NCBI GenBank assembly: GCA_051294375.1
Contig: CM119264.1
Span: 18,487,812 to 18,551,811, forward strand
DNA from: Paraspadella gotoi
Lineage: Eukaryota; Animalia; Chaetognatha
Reading direction: 5' to 3'
DNA: 64,000 bases
Of the stretch, positions 1-11,371 are shown piece after piece; within the stretch, counting starts at the first letter, position 1; every line of letters begins with the position of its first letter. Below the pieces are notes generated by a model, which was not told the origin of the DNA, did not search any database, and was given only the letters and a program-made list of their open reading frames with translations. Made by a program: the position numbers and the translations under genes.

Positions 1-89
1 ATGCCGATAGTTAAACGAAGGATAGTCAACTACTTAAAATAAAAAACAAATACTAGATACGAAATAGTTGCATTGTTCTCGTACATACT

Positions 90-284
90 AATCTGCAATC
101 AAAATTAAGAAAAGCCTATTTTGAAATTTTCAATTTTATAAGGATAGTACTTATATATAAATATAGCCTACTGCGAAAATTAAAAAACATAAAATTAATT
201 TTTTTTACAAATTAATGTTCACTGATGGTATGTTGTTCATAATTGACTTTTACAATTTTTGTATATAACTTTCACTACGCCTTA
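90..284 (+). mobile_element. Truncated copy (right ~195 bp, with terminus) of the hAT-like element at 37361-37971
   Basis: aatctgcaatcaaaatta...ctttcactacgcctta aligns by eye to 37776-37971 and ends at the same terminal repeat. Confidence 0.85.
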
Positions 285-2502
285 CTAATTAATGATACGA
301 AAAATTTCATTAAAAAAAGTCAAAAAATATTTTGCTACAAAATCATAGTGAAAAGACGTTGCGTTTAAAATTAAGAGAGAAAACAAAGTTTATTTTTGTT
401 TACAAACAACAAATGTTTGGTCAAAAATGTTTTTCTAAATTCACAATGGGCTGAATAAGACCCGAAAAAGAGGGGAGAAATGTCCTTTTAAAAATAAAAC
501 TCGTTGTTTGTAAACAAAAATAAACTTTGTTTTCTCTGCTACAAAATCGTAAATTTATAAGAATACCTAGGTACTAAAATAAAAGCGCATAAATGTTCTT
601 TAGACCTGGAATGGATGTCCTGCAAAACTGGACGCTTTGGCCATTCTTCCACTAGGATCTTTGACTAACATGTATTGAGTATTGTAAACGGCCTGAATGA
701 AAGAAACATGACAAATATTCTAATCAATGCGAGAAATTTTAACAGCCGGGGAACATTAAATGGCTAAAACGAGAAAAACAAAAAAAAAGCAAAATCAAAC
801 AAAAAAAAATCAATAAGAAATAATACAAAGAAAAATAGAAAACATCATGAATAAAATAGATAACAACCTAAAAAAAAACAAATAACAAACATAAAAAAAA
901 AAAAAAAAAATAAAAAAAAACAAAACTAAATGGAAAAAAACAAAAAAAACAAAAACAAAACATAAAAGAAAACCAAAACGAAAAAAACAATAAAAAAACA
1001 ACAAAACAAATAATAAAATATAATTAAAATGAAAATAAAAAAAAATATCAATACAAATAAACAAACAATAAAAAAAAGAAAAAAAAATAAAAAAAAATCT
1101 AGACAGACGGCTTGCCCGCCTGGGCCTCTGCATAATAGCCAGGGATATTTGTTTGTTTTGATAAAATGTAAACCAAAAATTTAATTAATGTCCTGACTCA
1201 ATTTTTATAGGACATCGATGATGGACAAGCTGAAATATTTAAAATTATAATTACATCTTATAATTAATTAATTTAATCTACATTAAATTAATTAATCTAT
1301 TTAATTAATTAATAATCAATTAATGTAGATTAATTATCGCTAGGCCAGATCCGACATTGTTTGCCTCAAAACTTGTTTAAATAAAATTTTTCTTGGCGCT
1401 TTTTAAGATATCTAAAAGTTTTATTTANNNNNNNNNNNNNNNNNNNNNNNNNACTATTAATCGTAAGTATATCAATCTCTTTATATTTATAAGGGATTTA
1501 GAACACAATAATGTCGATACTAATTTATTAATTTTTTTTTTAAAGCTTACTGAAAGTTGTAAAAAACAAGTTNNNNNNNNNNCAAAATCCCTCAAATTTG
1601 GAATGCGCATCAAAGCCTAAAAAATACAAAAAAATATGTTTCACACTAACTTGATTTATGAAAAAAAAATAAGCCTAATTAATGATACGAAAAATTTCAT
1701 TAAAAAAAGTCAAAAAATATTTTGCTACGAAATCATAGTGAAAAGACGTTGCGTTTAAAATTAAAAGAGAAAACAAAGTTTATTTTTGTTTACAAACCAA
1801 AAATGTTTGGTCAAAAATGTTTTTCTAAATTCACATTGGGCTGAATAAGACCCGAAAAAGAGGGGAGAAATGTCCTTTTAAAAATAAAACTCGTTGTTTG
1901 TAAACAAACATAAACTTTGTTTTCTCTGCTACAAAATCGTAAATTTATAAGAATACCTAGGTACTAAAATAAAAGCGCATAAATGTTTTTTAGACCTGGA
2001 ATGGATGTCCTGCAAAACTGGACGCTTTGGCCATTCTTCCACTAGGATCTTTGACTAACATGTATTGAGTATTGTAAACGGCCTGTATGAAAGAAACATG
2101 ACAAATATTCTAATCAATGCGACAAATTTTAACAGCCGGGGAACATTAAATGGCNNNNNNNNNNNNNNNNNNNNNNNNNNNNNNNNNNNNNNNNNNNNNN
2201 NNNNNNNNNNNNNNNNNNNNNNNNNNNNNNNNNNNNNNNNNNNNNNNNNNNNNNNNNNNNNNNNNNNNNNNNNNNNNNNNNNNNNNNNNNNNNNNNNNNN
2301 NNNNNNNNNNNNNNNNNNNNNNNNNNNNNNNNNNNNNNNNNNNNNNNNNNNNNNNNNNNNNNNNNNNNNNNNNNNNNNNNNNNNNNNNNNNNNNNNNNNN
2401 NNNNNNNNNNNNNACTATTAATCGTAAGTATATCAATCTCTTTATATTTATAAAGGATTTAGAACACAATAAAGTCGATACTATATTATTAAATTTTTTT
2501 TT
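285..2502 (-). repeat. Redundant partial copies of the 3' region of the membrane-protein gene (285-764 and 1583-2154 resemble ~5328-5940; 1453-1572 and 2414-2502 resemble ~6380-6510)
   Basis: Direct sequence similarity. Clean copies of the 87-nt exon AVYNTQYMLVKDPSGRMAKASSFAGHPFQ lie at 606-692 and 1996-2082 (minus strand, AG/GT flanked). About 1375-1427 is an inverted copy of ~5944-5995. Confidence 0.75.
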
Positions 2503-2527
2503 NNNNNNNNNNNNNNNNNNNNNNNNN

Positions 2528-3904
2528 TCCTCGCCTGCTGCTTCCGAAGACAATCGCCTGATGACCTACACCGCAAAGGCCACCAGGTTCTTGCGCTCGT
2601 CTCCCTCTTGTATTTCTCCTATCCCCGTCGAGGAAACGCTCTGCGTCGCGAAAAACGCTCGGATCCTCCCAATATTGGCGATCTCGTGGACAGTGCCCTC
2701 AGATTCCACCAGGAGAATCTTGTCGTCGGGAATGTCTGAACGCCCCGCGAAGTTGACGACGGTTCCGATGGCAGTAGTGTGAAGGCAAATCCGCAGGCCG
2801 AGGACTCCTCAGGACTCGTCTACGAAGGCTTGCAGGTTAATCGACGCGACTCAAAGACCTGGGCAATTGGATTCGCGTCATCGACCGACGACGCGCTCGA
2901 TTTCTCTCCGTCGATCTTGGACCTAATGTCGGGATGGCGAAGGAGCCAAGCGACCAGTCCAGCCCATCGTGCCGGAAGAGGTGTCGCGTGCCGGCAAAGA
3001 AAAAGATCTATGACGGCGTGAATGGGAACGTTCCTCGCCGAGAGATGCTCCGCGCCAGGGTCGTCGTCGACGTTCGATCGGGGGCGCCAGGGTTACGGTT
3101 TCGTCTTCGATCCTTTCAGCGTCGCCTCGTTAGTCGCGCCAGAGATTTCGTGTAGTCAGAAGCGAGTCGTAAGCCAGCCCCTTGCACCAGCGCTGACTTG
3201 TAAAACCGAATTGTCAACAGGGAAGATGAGGAGCGTAGATCGGAGAGAAGGTGAATGTGGGAAGGTGTTGCGAAAGAGGCTTGAAGACTTGATCATGGAG
3301 AGGCGACGCCGTCTCCCAACTCTCTCTTCTCACCGAAGAACCACCCGGAGGTGATGTTAGCAAATGCGTCGCGTAGGAGGATCTCGGGATCGAAGCGGCG
3401 TGTCTTTTTCGTCATCGCCTCAATCAGAGCGTCCATCTCTCCCGTTGTCACGGCGGCTTCGTCGCTTTCGGCGGGTCCAGCAACCCGTCGGAGGGACCCG
3501 GTGAGATCTCTCCATCCTTCGGACCATGTTCTTGGCACGGGCGATGCCCTTCTCCGAGCGACGGTACACTCAAGAGGGCCGACGGCGTGTTTGGCACGCG
3601 TGTCAGCGTCCGGCCAAGTCGCGTCGCTTCATTAATTCTTTGGCAACTTCGTGTGTCTTGACGACGATGACGGGCACTCCCAAAGGGAATGGGGCGAAAC
3701 TGGAAAACTTGGCCCCACCTGGCGGACTACCATCCGCGCCGAAAGTGCGCGTAGTCCAGGCGGGTCAGTCGGCTGTGGCCCTCAGCCAGTTGACCTCTAG
3801 GTGCGGACGGACGTTACAGTCTCGGTCCTTTATGAGCTTAAGCAAGAGTACAACGACGACGAAAACGGCGAACGATAGCCAAGCATGTACAGACCGGATG
3901 TCAT
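2528..3904 (-). pseudogene. Cytochrome P450 (CYP2/clan-2-like), intronless, many frameshifts; pseudogene or low-accuracy consensus; 3' end runs into an N gap
   Basis: Minus-strand translation with frame switches gives, in canonical order: N-terminal anchor WLSFAVFVVVVLLLKL; LGVPVIVVKTHEVAKELMKRRDLAGR; FDPEILLRDAFANITSGWFFG (in ORF 3293-3538); I-helix DLFFAG.DTSSGTMGW (~2965-3015); K-helix LQAFVDE.LR (~2805-2838); YWEDP..F..ERFLD (~2625-2680); heme loop F..G.R.C.G-like (~2540-2580). Confidence 0.85.
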
Positions 3905-4547
3905 TTTTCTATCTATTTTGATTTTTTGTAAGGATATATATTTGGAAATAAAGATTATCTGGATTTGCAGTATTTTAAGCCGATGCAATTGTCTTTAATA
4001 CTTCAAGAAAGCGGTGAAGGTTGTTGGCAGTCCGAAATGCAAGTTGCGCCGACGGACTAAATATAACCAGTTTCGGTAAATGTCAACATGCGGACCTTTG
4101 TTATTGCAAGATCAGCCGGTGTCGCGTTCGGCTCGAGGTTAAAATGCCAGTAGTTGAACGAAGGAAATAGCAACACTCTAAAGTAAAAACAAAATAACTT
4201 AGATACTGGATAGTTCATTTCTCGTCATACACTAATTGGTATCGTATGAGGATGTCACACCAAATTAGCTTCCAAGTTAACGAAGTTCTCAATGCGTTTT
4301 ACAATTTTTTTTAAATAGATAGTAATCACTTTTTTTAATGTTAATCAGCTATGAAAATTATCACTGTTATTTTCAAATTTTAATTTTCTGAATTTCCGTT
4401 TCTGTCTGAACTTGATTTAAATCTCTTAAGCTTAGAGAGCAGGATTGTTTTTTTCATAAAACTCGTTTAATAATAAGGTGGTGTGAAGGCGTTGTAACAA
4501 ATAAAAATTCTCGCAGGGTTTTTTAAAACAAAAACAGAAATATTTAC

Positions 4548-7116
4548 GAGTTCTTCAACTGATTCCTGGACACGATTTCTTCAACGATTCTTTCCCTTTT
4601 TGACGAGAACAAGAGAACAGTAAGCCAGAAATACGTTCTTTGCGAAGAGAACCTACAAGAAGTATTTTTATATTGTTAATGTTGGACGGGAGCTAATTAC
4701 AATTAATAAACTATTGAGAATTGAATAGAATAAAAAAACTATCGAATTAATAAACATATCTTTACAAATATCAATTGAGTCGATTATAGAAAGGAAAAAT
4801 TCTATATAAAAAATAACAAAGTTTAGGTCAAAATGGGGCATGTTAAAAGTTATTATAAATTTGATAAAAATGACAAAAGAGGTATATTCAAAATAATTAA
4901 TACCGTACATGGATCCTAAATCAAATAAAATTGAAAATAAAAACCTGCACTGATGAAAACTCCCGTTGTCACTATCCCATGAAGCATTGTTGCATTTACA
5001 AAGGAGTCAGGAAGCTGTTCCATCTATCGTGAAGACAAAACGTTAGAAAACCTCCATGGCTTTAAAACCAGAGGATAGCTAAAACTTTAGTTAAATTAGC
5101 TAAATTTTAGTAAAGTTTCATTTATGATAAAATCATGTGTTGCCGCTCCCGAACTTATACCTGAAGGACTTGTCCAGCGTCCATGAGACGTGCGATGCCA
5201 GTTAAAACCGAACTGCAACATCTCCGATGCTCAATTGTCTTTCCTTTCTTCGAGCACCCCCCAGTTACTCCGCTTCCCGTCAGAGCCGTTCAGTCACTTT
5301 TCACTTTTTTAGACTCAACAAAAGGTATCAAATCCCTCAAATTCGGATGCGCATCAAAGCCTAAAAAATACAAAAAAAATATGTTTCACACTTAACTTGA
5401 TTTATGAAAAAAAATAAGCCGTAATTAAATGTATTACGAAGAAATTTTCATTTAAAAAAGTCAAAAAAATAGTTTTGCTTACGAAATTTCATAGTGAAAA
5501 GGACGTTGCGTTTAAAATTTAAGAAATGAGAAAAACAAAGTTCTTATTTTTGTTTTTACAAAACCAAAAATGTTTGGTCAAAAATGTTTTTCGTAAATTC
5601 ACATATGGGCGAATAAGACCGAAAAAGAGTGGGAGAAATGTCCTTTTAAAAATAAAAACTTCGATTGTTTGTAAACAAATCACTAAACTATTCTCGTTTC
5701 TGCTGCTGTACAAAACTGCGTAAATTTTTATTAAGAATACCTACGGTACTAAAATAAAAGCGCATAAATGTTTTTTAGACCTGGAATGGATGTTTCCTGC
5801 AAAACTGGGACGCTTTTGGCCAATTCTTCCACTAGGATCTTTGACCTAACATGTATTGAAGTATTTTGTAAACGCCTGTATGAAAGAAACATTGACAAAT
5901 TATGTCTAATCAATGCGACAAAATTTTTAACAGCGGGAACGAGTAAATAAACTTTTTAGATATCTTAAAAAGCCCCAGAAAAATTTATTTAAAAACTCCA
6001 AACATAATTGAAGAGACAGTTGATAATTGTTATGTGCTTAGTGACAGAACAGTTTTCAATATTAGCAATCCCTGAGCTTCGGATTCAGGCTGTAACACCG
6101 ATTGTTACAGGCGGTTAAGCGCCCCGTCCCTTCTTAACTGGGCCAGACGGACCACCGGGCTGGAGAACCCTCGGACCTTTGGGTTTTGGGAGGCGACATG
6201 ACTTGCCTCCGGCACCAACTGGCCGCTCGTAATAACAATTGGTGGATTTTAGTTCCACCATGAATAATTTAATAATAATATCTTAATTCTGCAAACTTCT
6301 ATTATTTCTTAACAAGATGTCTTAGTTTAGACAGTCCTAATTTAATAAATTAAGGCTCAGAGCAAGCTAAAATTATAACTACTATAATTCGAAAAGTATA
6401 TCTAATCTTCTTGTTATATTGATAAAGATTTAGAACACAACATATATGTCCGATTACTTATTTTATAATTTTTTTTTTTTAAAAAAGCTTACTGAAAGTG
6501 CTAAAAAACAACTCGATATAAAAAGAGTTAAGTTTAAAAGTGAGAGACGGTTTTTCAAATCTTTCTTCCTGCTATCACTTGTTCAGGCCATTATCAATGT
6601 CAATTAATTTAAAATTGTACCGATATCATTAGTTTCGGTTTTTACTTTTAAATTAGTATTTAATATTGAAAAATTATTTACGGGTTTGCAAATCGCAGCT
6701 TATGTTCAGCGGCGAGATTAAAATTGTCACCATGTATGAGTGGCAAAAGTTGCTTTGATTTAAACGTTAATCGTCAAACAAAACTTCGCCTAACTTGGAT
6801 TTGGTTTTGCGCGATCCCGAAAAATATTTTGTTTCCTCCGTCAAACAGATCGCTTCCACCGTCGACAATTTCGTTTTGTCTTTTGCCGTCAGGTTCCCCG
6901 CCATCGTAGTGATAAAGCCAAAAGTCTGCGATCGCCATCCAAATGTTACGTAGTCATAACCGGAAAAATCTTTTGTTTTGTCTAAATATCTTCGCTGAGA
7001 CTAAAGCGACATATTTGTTATGGAATCTCAAAATTAAACAATTGGCTGCAACTTTTTAGTAAAGATGACATCTTTATGTCTCTTTCTCTCTCTTTCTCAC
7101 TTTTTTTATTCTCTCT

Positions 7117-7157
<41 letters not shown>

Positions 7158-10100
7158 CTCTCTCTCTCTTCTCTCTCTCTCTCTCCACTCACTCACTCTC
7201 ACCCAGTTTTTATACTTTATTTTAAATCAGTGATGTTCCTTTTTAGTTAAATAACAACCCTTCCAATTTCTCACCTGGTATGAACGCCGTTAAATAACTT
7301 CCATTGACGTTGGAGATTTCGGCGAGGCATTCCATTCGACTCCGCAAAGTCAAATCTTCGAAACTCGTTTCTTTTCTTGAATCACCTTCACTCAAGCTGA
7401 CATCCTTCTTCAGACTCTCCAGTCTCTCCAACTTCTCCTCGACTTCTTTCATCTTTTCGTCGACGAACTCCTTCAAGGCTCCGAGTCGCTCGTCCGGCGT
7501 CGCCTCCGATTCCGTCGTCGACGTCGACGAAGAGTTGGACACCGCGAGGTCGTCGAGACGAGACGTGAATCGCGGGACATTTGGTCTTTTTCATCATAAA
7601 AATATGAAATTTAAAAAAATTGAAAAACATTTATGGGGTTCAAAATATTAAGATTATTCCGTAAATCGGTCGCTTACGTTTTGCTAAGTTCAATCGCATT
7701 TTTATTATTTAAATAGAGAAAATAAATTAAAAAGTTCTTTTAAAGTCATCGCATGCACCATAAGAAAATGTATTTATTTATTTAGAATCAGAAAATATAC
7801 TCGTATATTAAAATTAAAAAGTTATAGTTCACCTGAGAAATTCCAACTCGTCGTAGAAGTTCGAGAAAGTCATGGAAATGGCATCTAGAAGATCTGATGA
7901 GAAAATTCATGAAATGACTGACTATTTGGGTTTGTTTAATCTTTTTGAATTACCATGGAAACGAGGCTCGGTAAAGTTGGCGCGAATGTTTTCAAAAAAT
8001 CCCCTGACTTTTCGCGTCGATGACGATAATGAAGTCGACGACGTGGGAGTGAACGAGGGCGACGAACCCGACAAAGAAGACGACTCGGAAATATCCTGGC
8101 CAGCGCGTAAGAAAATTTATTGATCTTTTAAAAAGAAGTTACTTTTACCCTTACATTGTCTTCTTCTATCGGTTTCTCGTCGGTTTCCTCTGCCGCCTCA
8201 TTATCTACATCAGGTTCAGCATTGTCTTCACTGTTGTCGATATTGACTTCTTTCTTGCTGTTGTCGTCGTCGTCTTTCTTCCACGCGACATCTCCGATTT
8301 GAGAAGCGAAGTCTCCCGTCAAATTTGATACGAGATTTTCTCTGAATTTTGTACGTTGTATTAAATATTTGTACTCATAATGAAGTCAATTTTTTCCGAT
8401 TATAAATTTTGTAATTCATTACCGACTTGTTTATTTTAGATATTGTTATATAAAACAAAACTAAATCAAACTGACCTTTGCGGTAAAAATGGTCGGGGAG
8501 AGAAGAAGCTCCATAGAATCAGCGCGAGACATACGCAACTGTTACCGAAAAACAAAAGACGCGCTCGTTTCTAGTCGTTTAAGCCAACTTATTTAATCAA
8601 GATGGTGACCTGAGAAACAGAGCGAAGCAAGCGATAAAATCCATGAAACGAAAACGACGCTTCGATGCTTGCTTTCTGAAAGGAAGTACATGACTCATTA
8701 TTAAAAACCTCTTTTGTGGAAGTTTAAATAATTTGAGGGAAACATGCCAAAAGGATTTTATTGATTGATCATTGAGGGTCCATTTATTAATGTATTAACT
8801 AAAAAAATTTTGACACTCGAACAAACCGATTTCAAGTACTCACTCGATTACCTGTTGAGGTCATAAGATTTGGTGTTTCTCCTGACGACGCCAGGGATGT
8901 CGTTGTATTCGTCTATTACGCGACGCATCGCCTCGTGGCGCCGGCTACCCGAATCGCGAAGGCCTCGGGGATCGCTGTCATTCGTGCCTCGCGGGAATCC
9001 TGAGGGCGCCGCGGGTTCGAAACAAATGGGGGTCGGCGCGTTGGCGGCGCCTCCTTTAATGACGTCCGAGTCTTCTCTTTTAAAAGATATAGATGGCGCC
9101 AATATCGTCGTCGTCGTCGTCGTCTTTCTAGTTGACGATACAGGTGCTTCCATTGCCGGCAGCGAGTGTTTCTAAAAAAAATGTTACAAAGTAAACAATA
9201 TAACAATATAAAAAATGTCTATCCTTATCAATTTATATCTTTATTTTAACATTTTTATTTGAAAGCAGATTTTAATCTTAAGAATTCCTGTTTAAACTTG
9301 CCAAATGCAAAAACGAAGATTGTTACAGGGTCAGGGAATCAGTGGGATAACCCGAGTATCTTACTCGTGACGAAACGTGAGTCGCCGTCGACGTTGACGA
9401 TTCACCGGCGTCGCGACTCAACTTCCTTTCAACGCCGAAATTCGACGCCGGCACGAACGACGGCGTCGCCGACAAGAGATCTCCGCATGAGACGCTCGGT
9501 GAAGACTTAGAATTGTTTGCGACCCGAGTCGGAGGCTCGGTCGAGATTTTCCGTACGCCATCTGCAACGCCATCCTTGGGGCCACTAACGTCACCCTTTG
9601 TGCCACGCCCGACTCGAATGCCACACACGAAGCCGTTAACGTCACTCCCAAGATGATCGTTTCCGTCATTGCTCTCTCCTTCGAATCCGTTAACCGTACC
9701 GAGCGGCGGAAGCGACAAGACCTTTCTCAGTTGACGCGCGTCTTCTCCTGCCATCGATTTTCTCTCGTTGCTAAGCGACAATAGACGTCGGACGCTCTTG
9801 GCCTCGCTCCCGGCGATTGAGGAGTCGACGCCGCCGACGCCGCTCAAGCCGCCGCCGACGCCACTTAAGCCGCCGCCAAAGGACAGGTGGACGTCTTTGG
9901 CATCAGAAGAAGAAAAATTATTGATTGTTTTAAAAGAGGCTGGGGGAGGATCCACGTCGTTGCCCGGAAGTGCCATGGAACTGAGAGAACGAGAGAGAGA
10001 GAGAGAGAGAGAGAAACACAAAAATATTTCAAATACGAATTCAGTAATTGAGGATTTAACTTTCGTTTTTGACGTTATCTAGTATGACCTTACCGTTGTA

Positions 10101-10872
10101 GCCCGACGCTTTTTCTAGGAGGCACGCCCGATTTGGATGGGACGGCCGATGGAGAGAGAATTAAAGAGGACTTTAGGACAGAAGAGGGATATGACTGATT
10201 GCCGGCGCCATCTATCGGAGAAATTTAAGTAGGTACTGTAAATAGAGAGAATGAAGAGAAAGGAGAGAAAGAATTTTCAACTGCTATCCGTATTGTCAAG
10301 AAAGTTGAAATCTCAAATTTCAAATCCAAGAAAAATGGAAGAAAATACAAATATTTACATAACAACTGACCCTGAGACATTTTATTTACGAAATATAACT
10401 CTATTTCAATGAAAATGAAAAAAGAGCGAAAATATAAAATCAGAAAAGACTATTTTTGTTTTCTTTTAACGGTTACGACTAAAGACTCATGAGAACGATA
10501 CTAAAGTTGACAAGCCAAGGTCGACCGTCTCACAAATGCCATAAGACCGTCGCCGTCACCTGCATCGTGCCAGACGTCATGGGCGTCGCTCTTGACGTCA
10601 TTAACGTCGCGTTTGACGTCATCGAAGCCGACGTTCGAGTCGAAGGAAAATTCTTTTGACGTCATCGTCGACGAAGCGAAAAACGGGAATGCGTCTCCAG
10701 GCCAAAAATCTGGAGAAACGAGGGGAGATGGAGGGGAAGGGAAGGTAGGAGAAGGAGGGGGGGAAGAGGGAGGGAGAGAGGGGAGACGAGAAGGAATGGA
10801 GGAGGAGGAAAGGGTGGGGAATGGAGGCGGAAAGCGACTCGGGGACGAAGTCGTTTCTGAGTCGGACATCAT
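4548..10872 (-). CDS. Multi-exon gene for an uncharacterised single-pass (type II-like) membrane protein
   Basis: Predicted exons (minus): 10872-10560 (or -10534), 10235-10094, 9980-9365, 9171-8852, 8675-8610, 8538-8476, 8341-8155, 8095-7954, 7893-7833, 7585-7275, 7000-6795, 5875-5781, 5360-5161, ~5078-4945, ~4652-4548. GT-AG boundaries have matching phases across exons 2-11. Splicing assembles the TM segment FMDFIACFALFLSCVCLALILWSFF after a basic KRRFR stretch, a coiled coil (LKEFVDEKMKEVEEKLERLESLKK) and a globular C-terminus. Two in-frame stops (~10226, ~6955) and indels in the last exons probably reflect sequence noise. Confidence 0.75.
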
Positions 10873-11339
10873 ATCGACCCTCGGGTGATTTTCGATTATT
10901 TTTGATTCACAGTTTGTTAATTACAAGTTTCGTTAACAAAAATTCTTGGTCGAAAATTTAAAACTATAAAAGCTACGAAGTTGCGAGCAACGAAATTCCA
11001 TCTGGATTAGGTTCTTCCTAAACAATCGAGTCGAATGTGAATGTTTTTAAGCCAGGCTCAGTTTGTTTGTAAATAATATCGGTTAAAGGCCGCCTTTCGT
11101 TCCAGACGGTCTAGCTAATTGGCCACGATGATATATCGGGCTTTAAAATGACCCCCCCTCGCTCTCTGAGGGGAAGTCAAGCTTTCGAATATGCCAATTA
11201 TTCGAATAACGGGCGGCCTTCAATTCGGCGAGGAGCTTGATCCCTTTCCAAGCAGACTCTGATTATCTTTTTTCCGCAATCGAGGCCAAAACGCGTCAAA
11301 TTCGCTGTACGTTGAGAGAGAGGAGAGAGAGAGAGTAAG

Positions 11340-11371
<32 letters not shown>

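Noticed and set aside
765-1133. 107-aa Phe-rich ORF over an A-rich tract
   Set aside because: Nearly G-free low-complexity sequence resembling a low-quality read end; no protein signal.
6954-6956. In-frame TGA as possible selenocysteine or readthrough
   Set aside because: Two compensating 1-bp indels restore NKDFSGYDLRN in an evidently noisy region; no SECIS recognised.
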